A DNA stretch of 64,000 nucleotides from Stegostoma tigrinum. Its lineage: Eukaryota. The number at the start of each line of letters is the position of its first letter. Position 1 is the stretch's first letter. A program made the position numbers and the translations under genes. Where the stretch lies: assembly GCF_030684315.1 (NCBI RefSeq), contig NC_081369.1, positions 17,939,754 to 18,003,753 on the forward strand, read 5' to 3'. Of the stretch, positions 49,736 to 61,632 are shown one piece after another. The notes below the pieces were generated by a model, which did no database searches, was not told the DNA's origin, and saw only the letters and a list, made by a program, of their open reading frames with translations.

Positions 49736-50704
49736 AGCTTTCTGCTGACAGACTTCCCTCCTCCTTCCTCCAGATGTAGCTTCTCCCTTCTGCTGTTCAT
49801 GCTGCAATTCCCCATGGTGCTGCAGCCCAACATGAACTGCTACTGTAGCCCACATGACTGAGAAAAAGCTTTCTGCTCAGTGACCATAATAATCCATTGA
49901 TTCCTTGCTAAGGTTGAGCACCACTCCCTGCTGACCGAAAAGGCTGTATGAGCTGCTTCAGCAACACAACACACAGGACTTCCAGTAATTGCCCAAGTGT
50001 TAGAAGGACATCCAAATTACCTTAATTGAAAGGCTTTTAAATAGCACTACCGAGGAGTGAGGGTCCCTCATTTGGTTACATTTTTATCCTTTCTTGCCTC
50101 TTGTGACATTGAAATCAGAAGCATTGTGGAGCCCAATTTTAGACCTGGTGACATCAGAGATGACTTGCAAAAGTTACCAATCCAAGTAGAATTTTTTGAA
50201 GTTGCCATGAGGAGTTTTAAAGCTGCAGATCTCAAAAAAATTTTCTTTATTTTGAAATGAAGCACATTAAAATAGATGCAAGGGCAACAGCTGTTACCAG
50301 TTCCCCACTGACTGAACTGCTCCAGTAATTTGATTGTGAACTATTATAAGGTTATGAGGTGATAGATATATAGAAGGGACACTACAGTTGGAGAGTGAGG
50401 GTAGAATGAGAGGAAGGGGGAGAAAAGCTTTTTTGTTATCTGCAGCTAGAAAGCACAGCTATCAGCTTGAATCCAACCACAGCCACAGGGATGGAGGAAG
50501 ATGATACTAGATCTATGAAAACATCAATAATAATGAGAACTAACTTCGGATGCGTGTGGATGGCCTCTGCTGAATCACAGTGGTCAATGCATAAGTAGCA
50601 GCCGCGGATGGCTGTGGGATATCACTGTGGGATCTCCCTGCTCTTTTACACCCAGAGGGTGGGACACTAGGGTAAAATGATGAAAGCAGCATTCACTGTG
50701 TGAA

Positions 50705-50940
50705 AGAAATACTTTCATTTCAGTAGTGCCTTTCACAGCCTCATGACATTCACAGGTATCTCACACCTGTCATCAAGTGTTTTCAAATTTAGTCAGTGTT
50801 GCAATGTCAGAAATACTGCAGAGCAGTGTTTGCTGTTTGGACCCACAAACAGCAATGAAATAAATTGCTGAGTAATCTTTTTCTAGAAAGGTTCCCTCTA
50901 TGTTTTTCAAAACAATTTCATAGGATCCTTACGACAACAA
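50705..50940 (-). mobile_element. SacSINE1-like 3' fragment
   Basis: Reverse complement of the tail seen at 43690-43866 (gtgcctttcac...cccacaaacagcaatg). Confidence 0.55.
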
Positions 50941-51766
50941 TAGCCTGTGTTCACATAATGTATTTAATGCAGTAAAGTGCCTCAAGATGCTTCACAGCAA
51001 TGCGACCGCACAAAATGACTCCCTCTTTAGTCAAAAAAGGTAGGCTTTAAGGAACATCTGAAATTAGACAGACAGGTATTGGAAAGATGTAGAGCTGAGG
51101 GAGATTATCAAGAAAGTGAGGGTACAGTCCATGGAGCAAGTTGAAAATTTTAAATTGTGGCATTGTCAGATTTGACACCAAAATAGATCTGAGAGCACAG
51201 GAGCAGTAATTGACAGAACTTTCCCTGATTTAAGAAAAAGCTTTCTCTTAATACTGCACTAGTGATTTTTGTACTCGAGTCAGACTTGTGGGTAAGATTG
51301 TTAGCACTGAGGCACAGCTGACATCAAACTACTTTGGTGGGTATTGTTGAATGCAGACAAAAGGGGCTGATGCCAATGTTTGAGTCGCCACCTTCCAAGA
51401 CTCGGCACTTCTGACTATTGATGAGGAAGCAAAATACTAAACTCGAACTGAGAAGCAGGGTAACCAACAGACCAATTGGCAGAAAACCAGCAGGACTGAC
51501 TAGAAAATCAGTTTTACACTTTCCATTAACATCAATAGGGCAGAAGGTGAAATCAGCATTAGACCTGCCCTGTGGGACATTTCTATGATTCACGGCAGCT
51601 GAGAAATCGATGGAATGCTCAGGAACGATGGTGAAGGGGAGTAATAGTGAGTGAAACATCATCGGGATTGGGTTCATTCATTGGCAGAGGAGGCAGGAGG
51701 AAGAGTTCAGTCATGGTGAAAGAGCTACTGGATGAGTATTGAGAATGAGTATGAGATTGCTTATAC

Positions 51767-51770
<4 letters not shown>

Positions 51771-51804
<34 letters not shown>
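51771..51804. repeat. (TA)n microsatellite
   Basis: About 17 TA units. Confidence 0.95.
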
Positions 51805-51808
<4 letters not shown>

Positions 51809-52314
51809 CTTATACCATTCTTGCATAGTAAGAGTTAGGTTTCAAAAAAGCGGCACCAGGCAAATGTGCCTTCAAAATCCCCAAATCTTCTGCATCAGTT
51901 CATTCATGGACGCAGCCAATCGGAGAAATGTAAAGAGAATGGATAATATGAGTGACGAGTGGCTCCTCCAATCACAGGTTGGATCTCTACCTTGCCAGTT
52001 GCTGACACTAGTGACTCTACCAGCTACGAATGCAGGAGAGAAACAGCCTGTGATTAGAGAAGTAGCAAGATATAAGGGAAGGAAGTGGTGGTAGTGAGGG
52101 AGTCGCTGGAGGAGGGCTGAGGGTTGAGCTGAAAGAAGAGAGGTGAGGTGCTGCAGGAGACAAGGAGGCTGCAAAAGGGAAGTGGGAGAGTGGGAGAGAG
52201 AGGGAGAGGGGAAAGCTGTAAGGGTGACGGAGAGGGGCAAAGGCTGCAAGGGAGTGAAGTCTGCAAGGGTATGGGAGAGGGGCAGAGGCTGGTGTCAGTG
52301 TGTAATCTTCTGAA

Positions 52315-52620
52315 GTTCTGCAGTCTGTTTGGTATAGGTAGGCACACAATGCCATTAGGGAACAAGTTCCAGGATTTTGACCCAGCAAAACTGAAGGAAC
52401 TGTGATATATTTCCAAATCAAGGTGGTGAGCCCCTTGGAGGGGAATTTGAAAGTGGTGGCATTCCTACTTATCTGATGCCCTTGTCCTTCTAGACAGTGG
52501 TGGTCTTGAGTTTGGGTTTGGAAGGCGTAGCCTACAGAATCGTGCTGAATCTTTGCAGCATATCTCGGTAGATAGTACATGCTGCTGCTACAGAGCATCA
52601 GTGGTACATAGAGTGAAATG
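52315..52620 (-). mobile_element. CR1/L2-group LINE (second family) 3' fragment
   Basis: SFSFAGSKSWNLFPNGIV; homologous to 19080-19350. Confidence 0.75.
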
Positions 52621-53216
52621 GATCCGCTCGGATTTTATGACAATGGTTTCATGGTCATGTTAAGATTTAATTCCAGGATTTATTTTTATTAAATTCAAAT
52701 TCTACCATTTGCTGTGGTGGGATTTTAACTTTGGTCCCCAGAAAGTTACACAGGTCTCTGGATTTACCACCACACCATCACTTCCACCGCCCTCCCTCCC
52801 ACAAAAAAACAAATGTGAACTATATTTCAAGACTGCATAAGCTCAGGAGCTGCTATATGGGGAAAATGCAGTAAGTTTTGTTGTAATAAACACTGTTGCA
52901 ATATTTATTATTCTGAATATGTAATGGAAATGGGTTGGCTGAGACCTACCAATCTGGATGGGAAATGACACTTTATGTGTAGAATTCTGAGTCAGTTGTT
53001 TTGAAAAGAATTGCTTTGCTGTTTACTTGGGACTGTGACCTAGTGTGAATTCAAATATTGTGATGTTTAAGAAGTCAACAGTTTCCATTTGTGTTGCAGC
53101 GTTAAATTTTTGAAGAGTTGATCATTATTAAGGATTGATTAAAGTTGATTTTAAATAAATTTCTCAGTATCCAAGTAGCCTATATGTGAACATAAAAGCA
53201 GAAGGTATTGTTACTA

Positions 53217-53415
53217 AGATAGTAGGAACTGCCAATGCTGGAGAATCTGAGATAACACGGTATAGAGCTGGATGAACACAGCAGGCCAAGCAGCATCAGA
53301 GAAGCAGGAAAGTTGATGTTTCTGAAGAAGGGTCTCAACCCGAAACGTCAGCGTTCCTGCTCCTCTGATGCTGCTTGGCCCGCTGTGTACATCCAGCTCC
53401 ACACCTTGTTATCTC
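53217..53415. mobile_element. Short fold-back Penelope pLTR-end insertion, older subfamily
   Basis: Inverted end with tail (53217-~53321), then a forward end starting at ctgaagaagggtctcaacccgaaacgtc. TSD AGGTATTGTTACTA at 53203-53216 and 53416-53429. Confidence 0.88.
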
Positions 53416-54461
53416 AGGTATTGTTACTACACGGCTGCAGCACCTAATAAATGGTACAGAGGGAATTGGAAAAAAAGCTTCTGAAACCAAAAAGTAATAC
53501 CTGAAAATTAAAAGATAGCCCTTGAGAAATCTCAAGAGGAGACCTCCAAACAAGATGAGATATTTTGTGCTTGTAAAGAGAGCATGTTAAGTTACAGCTT
53601 AATCTTGTTCCATTACCAGTCCAAATTGAGAAGAGTTAAATTGTTTTTAAGATTACAACAGTTTAATGATTTGTCTCATCTACAGCTAACAACCTACAAA
53701 CTTATTGCCTCCACGTTTAGATCTCCAGGAAGGAGCTCAGTCACAGCAAAGGTCAGTTTAGGGTCCCCAGATTTGCCCCATGATGTCATACGAGGAGGAA
53801 TTGGCATTTGCAGTGTGTCCAATAGTCAATGTCATGCTGTTGCAGCATACAATTTCCAACAAAAGCAGTCTCCAAATTTTAAATGATTCTTTGCACAGGG
53901 AAGCCTGATCACCATGGGAGTCAGGTTGCTGGCAGTGAAATGCCACAATTTCTATTTCTCTGTCAGTTTAGGATGATTATTTATAGGATTATCAAATAAC
54001 ATTGATTATAATGTATTTTAAACACAGATCTAGTTAAACACTTAATTGGGTAAAGAATTTTTAAAAAATTCTCCTGCTGTTTCTCGTGGATGAAAAGACA
54101 CTAGTTTAGCCTTTTCAAACAAGCAAATGATTGGTAATGTGAAAGGCACATGCACTGGCTGCAGAACCAACCCATTAAAAAAAAGTGAAAATAATATCTA
54201 GCCTTAAAGAGCAAAGTAGCATGAAAATGGATCATAGAATTACATTGATAATGGCTGCTGTACTGACAAATGGTTTCAGTCACAGAAATATTTACAAATG
54301 CAGCCAGCCTAATCCAGTTACTTGTTTCCGTATCTTTGATGTCTTTGTAAATCTTTTAATTCTGAAAGATTTTGGTCATCATGTCACACCACAATCCTGC
54401 TGTACCTCAATATCCTCTATTGTGACACACCTCAATATCTTCTACTGTCAGACCTCGTTAT

Positions 54462-54900
54462 GACCATAAGAAATAGGAGCAACAGTATTCAATCCATCAT
54501 ATCTGCTCCACCATTCAATGAGGTTGTGGCTGATTTGATAATCCTCAACTTTCCTACTGTTTCACAAATCCCTAGATACCCTTATTGATTAAAAATTGTC
54601 CATATCAGCCCTGAATACATTTCATAATTCAGCCTCAGCAGTCCTTTGCAGTATTGAATTCCCACCGATTCACAACCTTCTAAGAAAAAAATACAATCCT
54701 CGGCATCTCTTTGTTAAATAATGAAGTTATGCCATCGGTGCATGACTCTCCCAAAAGAGAAACAACTGATCTTTATTTACCCTGTAAAGCTCATTAAGAT
54801 TATATTTTCAATATGGTCTCCTCCTATTCTCGTAGGATCCACAAATTCCTCTGTGCTGCAGCTTTCAGCAGTCTTTCTCCATTTAAAGAATATTCAGCTC
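54462..54900 (-). mobile_element. CR1 3'-end fragment
   Basis: gaccataagaaataggagca...ccaccattcaatgag is the reverse complement of a CR1 3' UTR. Confidence 0.65.
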
Positions 54901-55869
54901 TTCCATTCATCCCATTATGTATGATCATTGGAGCAAACAATTTACTTATCCTCCAGTGTTTCACATCCATAACCTCCAGTGTGATACATCAATATCCCAC
55001 ACGTCACACAGAATTGTCCTCCAGGATGGTATGTTATTAACTCCTAATATAAAGTGCTTTAACAATCTGTCCCTTCCTACGGCACTTCCATGCATACTAT
55101 TAAATGCTGGTCAACAATAGTAGAAAACATAAGGGCAAAAATTGATCTGAATATACTTTACTAAGTTTCATGTATATATTTTGCTACTTTAAAGTTGATC
55201 CAATGGTTTTAATACTATCTTAAATCTAACCTTGTGAACATGATAGATTTGAATACAAGGCTTAATTTAGCTGCAAAACAACATGTTGATTATTTTGATT
55301 AAATGTATACTTTGCTGCTTTGCAGCACTCATCTCCTACACTAGCAAAGTGATGCCTCACAATTGCCTTCTCTGTTATCATGTTGTTTAAATTATAGCAT
55401 GGTTTATTTGTCCGCCTGATATTTATTGAACTCCTTTAAACAACAACTCTGTAACACTGTTTTGTCCCTGTACATGCTCCTCAAATTCACAACTTTAACT
55501 GAGAGTGACCAGGATCAAAACAGTAAAAGTGGATTTCCATCATGTTAATGTACCATCAAATGTAAAACCATTACTTTGAAAGATAAAATTTAAATGTTAT
55601 CAAGTTAAAATATTATATTTACTAACAATTTATATCAATCTGTATGAATGTTCTGCCCACCTGCTATTGCCAGTGCTCGGGACATCTCAATATCAAGGAA
55701 TGGGGGAACCTGCTGACAGTCTGAGTCAGCTTGGGGCTATTACTCTGGAACAGAGGAGGGTGGGCATCTGTTACACTCAGTCCTGTTCTTTCTGGCCATA
55801 CTAATGTAGAAGTTTAAAATATATTTAAATATTTTTATCTTGCTGTTCAAAATGCGAAAAATGGACAAA

Positions 55870-55972
55870 GGGATAGTAGGAACTGCCAATACTGGAGTCT
55901 GAGATAACAAGGTGTAGAGCTGGATGAACACAGCAGGCCAAGCAGCATCAGAGGAGCAGGAAAGCTGGACCC
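55870..55972 (-). mobile_element. Minimal Penelope tail insertion
   Basis: pLTR end plus tail. TSD AATGGACAAA at 55860-55869 and 55973-55982. Confidence 0.82.
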
Positions 55973-57614
55973 AATGGACAAACTTTTGTTGGTGCATGTT
56001 TCATCAATTTGGAGTTAGGATGCTACATGCTTTACATGACCCACCCCTCTCCTTAGCTGAAAACAGCAGCAAATCTAGCTGGACTTCTCAATACAGCAGC
56101 AGTCAGGGACCAATGGAAGCAGAGGAGTTAGCAACCCAAGCCCATCTTCAACCCAGGCAGAGATACTGAAAAACAGTCCTGTTGTGTCTGGGGGTGGCCC
56201 ACACTGTATCAAAATATTTACCATCCTCCTCTGCAAAAGACATTCTGTCCATATTGACAAGGTCCATAAACATTATGCCAAAATGGTGACGCACACATTG
56301 ATGAATTTTCATAGGTCTCTGGTGATGGGTTTTGAGGTGGGTGATGGAAGTGAATGGGGAAGACAGGGAATCCACATCAGTTTGGCTTCATGATGCATCT
56401 TCGCTACTGGAGAGGTTTCTCTGCTGATCTGTGAAGTGAATTGGTGGGCCACTGCATACAAGCAGGCTGGCAATTTATAAACTTTCAGCCCAATTAGGAC
56501 CCAGGTTGTGTCCTATTCCACAGAGGCAGCCTCCCTGCACCTGGAGGGAGGCCTAGCGACGCTGCAGGTTCCATTCCATCAAGAAAGAGGTGAGAGGAAA
56601 GGCCATGCCCTCAATCCAAACATTTCTGCCAGAGGGTCTTACATCTCTTAGACTATGAAATTCTCATTTAGAATTATACATCCAGTGGTGTGTCCATGTT
56701 GATATGCCCCTTACTTTTTCCTACCTGCCTCGACAGTGCTTAAATCTTCCTACTGGTCAGTCTGAACCTGCCAAGTGTCTGACTAGAGACCACCCAATTA
56801 AAAGGACACTAGGGAAAATTGCTCAATCAGTCTCCCTGCTCCCAAATGTGGTCTGAATGACTCCTACCTGTCCCACTGCTGAGAATTCATAAGCACCTGG
56901 GAAAATTCTGCCTTCACTGTGGCTTAAAAACACAGAGCAGCTTGAATTATATTTCTTAGAAATGAGAGCTTGATGGGAAATAACAGAATAAACAGGGAAC
57001 ATCTCTTCCCTCTAGTAGGAGAATCTGGAATATCATCTCAACATTGGAACTAAGTCAGTTAAATGTGAATCCAGAGGAAATGTCTTTACATAAAGGCTTG
57101 TGGGTGGACAACATCACCCCCAAAACATCCTCAATTTGAGATGATTAAATGAGAGAAAGATACAGCATTTATTTCAAATGTAAGAGCTAGACAGAAAAGC
57201 TAGAAATTTGGAATTTAACATTTAAGTACTTGTATGATTAACAAAATGGATTTGTTCTATTTCTATGAGAAAGGCACGAAATGGAAATCAGGAACTGCTG
57301 AATTGGGAAATTATGAAAACTTAGTCAAGAGCATAACACAGCTCTGGACATCTGTATTATTACCAACTGAGGGAATTTCTTGGCAGGGAATTAACATAGC
57401 TATTTCCCTGTTCAATGAAGGTTTATTCCAAACCACTTTTTTCTCTTCCCTCAAAAAGACTGCCACCCTGCTGTAAATGTTTCTTTTGCTGCCTCGATAT
57501 AAACTTGAGGTCAGCACAACATCGAGGGCCGAAGGGCCTGTGCTGTGCTGTAATGTTCTATGCTCTATTGTTAAATTGCTGTCCATTAAAATTTCCACTG
57601 ATTTTTAGTGAAAG

Positions 57615-58160
57615 TATATCACAGAATTGTTGCTGGGCAGAAGGAGGACATTCAGCCTGCACTAGCTCTGTTACTTAGTGCTAATCTACTACCTTTTCTC
57701 CATCTCACTAAATACCATTATTATCCAAATAATCATCCAACGCCCTCTTGAATTTCTCAATTGACCCTGCCTCCACCACATTTCCAGATGGGGCATTCCA
57801 TACCTTAACTACTTGCTGTGTGAAAAGAGTTTTTTTTTCTCACATCGCCCTTGCTTCTTTTAAGTTTACACCCTCTGTTCTTGTTTCTTTCATGAAGTGG
57901 TAGCAGCTATTCCCCATCAACTCTATCCAGCCTGTTTATGACTTTGAAAATCTCTGTCAAATTTCCTCTCGGCCTTCTCTCCAAGAGGAACAATTTCAGT
58001 TTCTTCAATCTATGCATATGACTGAAGTTTCTCATTCCTGGAGCCATTCTTGTGAATCATTTCTGCACTCTCTCCAATGCATTCACATCTTTCCTATAAT
58101 GTGGCACCCACAACTGTACAAAATAATCCAGCTAAGGTCTAACAAATATATTGTAAATCA
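57615..58160 (-). mobile_element. CR1 3' fragment
   Basis: Reverse complement encodes VRP.L.Y.VQLW.PHYRKDVNALERVQK.FTRM.PG followed by the 3' UTR. Confidence 0.8.
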
Positions 58161-58274
58161 TATTGTACTTTCTAAACCAGTTGATCCAAATGCCAAGTTT
58201 ACATGACAGCAGCGAGGTGAAAACATAATTCTTCCCTCCCGACGATCCATTGATCTCATCTTCATTCGCCCCCT

Positions 58275-58740
58275 TCTGGGTGTCAGCCTTGGGTGATGGC
58301 CCTCTACTCTCTGAGTCAGAAGGTTGTGGGTTTACAAATCCACCCCTGAAAGCTGACCTTGACAATTTAGGCTGACGCTCCAGTGCAGTAGCACAAGTAT
58401 GCAGCACTTTTGCAGGCCACTGTATTTCAAACGAGACATTAAACAAACATGCCGTCTGCCTTGTTGGATGGATCTAAACGATCTCATGTCATTATTACAA
58501 AGAAGAAATCGGCAGCTATTCCCAAAATCTGAGCTAAAATTTAATTCCAAATCAAAAACACAAGAACAGATTATTTAGTTATTGTCACTTTGCTGTTGGT
58601 GGGAGCTTGATGTGCACAAATTGTGAAGTATTTTGTAAATTTCTAAGTGACTGCGCTTCCATAGTGCTTCACCAGCTATTAAGCACTTGGAACATCTTAT
58701 TGTGGTGAAAGGAGTGATATACAGATGCAACTGCATCCTT
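58275..58740 (+). mobile_element. SacSINE1-like DeuSINE, near full length
   Basis: ctctgagtcagaaggttgtgggtt...aggctgacgctccagtgcagta...gagacattaaac...aacagattatt...ttgctgttggtgggagcttg. Confidence 0.72.
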
Positions 58741-58950
58741 TTTTTGTTCTTGGAATGATAGCTTAGCAGTTTTTTGACATGGCTTTCCATATGAATATGT
58801 TTCTATTGTTGCTGAAGGGCCAGGGAGCATCCTGAGATGGTTTACTCCCATTTTTCTGTTAAACCACCTGTGGAAATGTGGGATTTCTACCCCTGTCCTT
58901 AAAAATGCCAGGAGAAAGGACCTCCTTGTTGTAAATAACTACAAGCTCAC

Positions 58951-59101
58951 CGGCAAACTGTGTCCAGTTCCTTCAACTCTTCGGCCTCCCCTTCAATATT
59001 TTTGGCCAGACTGTCTCCCAACTTCAGCAAACATTCAGCAAATCCTTTGTATATGTGATTACATTTCATGCCAGTCGCACCAGCTTCACTGAAGAGAAGA
59101 A
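58951..59101 (-). CDS. NRN1L: Neuritin-like protein (CPG15-2), coding exon 2
   Basis: Acceptor tcttcactttaacttccag|, donor CG|gtgagc, 151 bp, phase 1 to phase 2. Translates xLLFSEAGATGMKCNHIYKGFAECLLKLGDSLAKNIEGEAEELKELDTVC(R) and splices in frame to the exon at 45665 (CG+G=Arg). Absent from the ORF track. Confidence 0.93.
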
Positions 59102-59719
59102 CTGGAAGTTAAAGTGAAGATCATTACACATCGCAGCGTTGGAATGAGCCTTCTATAATAAACAGTACCTTGAGGACAAACAGGACCTGTATGCATCTGT
59201 CATTATTATTATTAGGCGATTTAAACTGTGTTCTTCAAAGAAGAGTTTTTGTCTAATTTTCTCCCTTATTTACCTTGCTCTAGGTTTGCTCCTATCCAGT
59301 TGAGAGCCCCTCCTCAGCAAAGTGATAAGGCTTAAGAAGTTGAAAAATGATCTAGCCTGTGAAGGTTTCTTTCGATCACTGATGTTCTCTGCTGGAACAA
59401 GTACATTCCTTTTGGACGTTTTTTCAAGATTGTTCCAACTAGAAGTTGCATTCGCTGCAAAAAGGATTTCTTCATGGTGAGATTGTACAACCAGGGTGAG
59501 TGGAGTAGTCACTATAATACCCAAGCGAGCAAAACAGCTATGTATTTCATGTTATCACGCAGGCACAGGCAAGTTGAATATATAATTTTAATTCAAGAGG
59601 TGCAGTCTGTGCAGTTAGAAATGAAACATGGACAGGGGCAGAACTGACCAGAATTGAGGCATTAGGGGTTCTAAGGTACTGGTAATTTGCATTAACATGT
59701 GTCTAGTTGCATTCGAACA

Positions 59720-60170
59720 GTAACACAAGGGCTAACTGAGCTAAGAGCTAAGATGGTGCTACGAGCAGTCCTGGACACCACATCTTGGAAAGCACATAAT
59801 GACTTGGATAGAGTGTGAAGTAGTTTTGCCAGACTGATTCTTTGACTGAACAGAATAAATTATGAGGAGAGATTACACACGCTGTACATTCCCTGGAATT
59901 TATAATGGTATGGGATAATTTGATTAAAATATTAAGGTATGCAGTGTAATAGATTGGTTTTGTTGGAAACTACTTCTGCTGGTGAGGAAGTCTAGAACAG
60001 GGAGGCATTGTTTATCAATTGAAACTACATTTACAGTGAAATCAGAAGAGTAAACATTTCAACACAGGGTCGTAAAAGTTTAGAAATTTCTTCCACAAAT
60101 GTGACTTGACTCTAGACCAATTGTTCATTTTATATCTGAAATGTATTTGCTTTTGTTAATTAAGTGTATA
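59720..60170 (+). mobile_element. Old CR1 3' fragment
   Basis: W.PHL.K.I..L.RV...F.RLI...L...NYEERL remnants. Confidence 0.55.
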
Positions 60171-60829
60171 AAGTGCGTATGTGATGCAGTGGTAATGTCC
60201 ATATCTCTGAGTCAGGTGGGCTGAATTCAGTTGTATAAAAACAGGTAGTAGGAAAATATCTATAAAGTAGCATATGCCAACAACAGAGTCTTGGAATTAA
60301 GTCGCAGATTGGTTATGAACTTGAGTTGTAAAATGGGTTTGATGTGTAAAATGGGTCTCTTGTTTTTCTTTAGCTTCAACATTCCTGATCCTGAGGCAGC
60401 TCTCACCAACACTGGTGACAACTCAGTGTAAACATTTTTGAGAGACTGGCAGCAAATTACTGTTACTCTTTTTAAAAGCAAAACTGATCAAATACAAGTC
60501 ATGGAGCCAACATCATTCTGGCTGCATTCAAATTGGCCTACAGCTCATTACCATCTCATATTTTAAGTAAGTGCATGAGGAACATTCCCATTGGCTTGAC
60601 ATGGCAATGGTTTGCTCATCACAGTACAGGATACTTTAGGGCCAAGCAGTTGCCTTCAAAATGAATGAACATTTGGCTGAGCTAGTCATTGTTCATTTTG
60701 CTTACCAAAGATTAAAGAGAATCTACCAAGTATAATCCCTGAGGAGTTGAGGCGTGTAACTCAGCTGGAAAGCTGAAAACTGAAATAAAAGAAACCACAT
60801 TGCCTATTGCAAAGCCAATTAAATAAAAG

Positions 60830-61090
60830 AAAGCCCAGCATTTATAGGGCACCTTCAAATTGTCTCCCTGAGTCCTTTATAGCCATTTACGTTTTTTAGA
60901 AGTGCTGTAATGTAGGAGTCATGACAATCATTTGCTGCAACGAGCTCCCACATGGAACAGTGAGGCAATGACTAGGCAATCAGTTCTTTTAAATGGTGTT
61001 TGATAGGAAATGGACTATGACCAGGCAGAATGAAGGATTCTCCAATCCTACCCTTTTCCCTTTAAATATTGCTTTTGCACTCACCTGCAC
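60830..61090 (-). mobile_element. SacSINE1-like 3' fragment
   Basis: gcatttatagggcacctt...ctttatagcca...tgtaatgtagga...gagctcccaca. Confidence 0.5.
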
Positions 61091-61149
61091 AGAATAAACA
61101 GTAGAATGTGGCTAATGAATAGCCAAAGAAATTTCAAATGATCAGATTA

Positions 61150-61632
61150 AGGGTACTGCAAGTGGAGAGGCAAAACAGACTATGGGAACAGAAACAAATT
61201 GTCTTCAGGTAACCAAAAAGAGAAACCTCTGGCAGTAAGTGGATAGCTTACAAAAACCAATAGTAGTGTGTGCCAGCAATGAGGAAATTCAGTTGGTTGG
61301 TGAAATTTGTGAGGATGAAGGACAAATCCCCTGAGATGCTGTTAAACTTGTACAAAGCATGGGTATGGTCACACTTGACAAGAGAAGGCCACAGAAGAAC
61401 AGACAATTGAGCTGTTATAATTTGTTGGAGAATGCCACAAACTCTCTAGAAATAGGAGATATGGCTCAAGCTTGGAACAGAAAAGGGAGAAAACTTAAAT
61501 ATTTTATGCAGGGAGTGAGAAACATTTGAAATGGGCTGGCCAGGAAGGCTAAAAGAAATTCAGGATAATTAATTAGGTATTTAAAGGAGTGAATGATTGA
61601 GAATTATCAATTATTGTGAGTGCAGTCTTATG
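61150..61632 (+). mobile_element. Old CR1 3' fragment
   Basis: E.LL.LYKA.V..HL remnants and a (TTCCTA)-like tail. Confidence 0.45.

Noticed and set aside
51872-52598. Long Pro/Leu/Ser-rich minus-strand ORFs
   Set aside because: They arise from a low-complexity purine-rich tract fused to a LINE fragment. No domain or splice support.
56000-56915. Possible Harbinger-derived remnant (end resembles GGCAGAATTTT termini)
   Set aside because: Too decayed to support. No matching second terminus or TSD was found.
58132-58446. 104-aa minus-strand ORF as an extra exon
   Set aside because: It lies mostly antisense to a SacSINE1-like element and has no recognisable protein similarity.
59088-59090. Alternative acceptor tcttctcttcag|TGAAGC for exon 2
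   Set aside because: It gives phase 2 and removes the hydrophobic xLLF that matches the end of the neuritin signal peptide. The acceptor at 59102-59103 fits better.
59270-59524. ORF ending at a donor-like AAG|GTAAAT just upstream of NRN1L exon 2, as candidate exon 1
   Set aside because: The open frame would give phase 2 rather than the phase 1 expected at the 59101 acceptor. The phase-1 frame has stops, and the peptide is not a convincing signal peptide. Non-coding or alternative use cannot be excluded.
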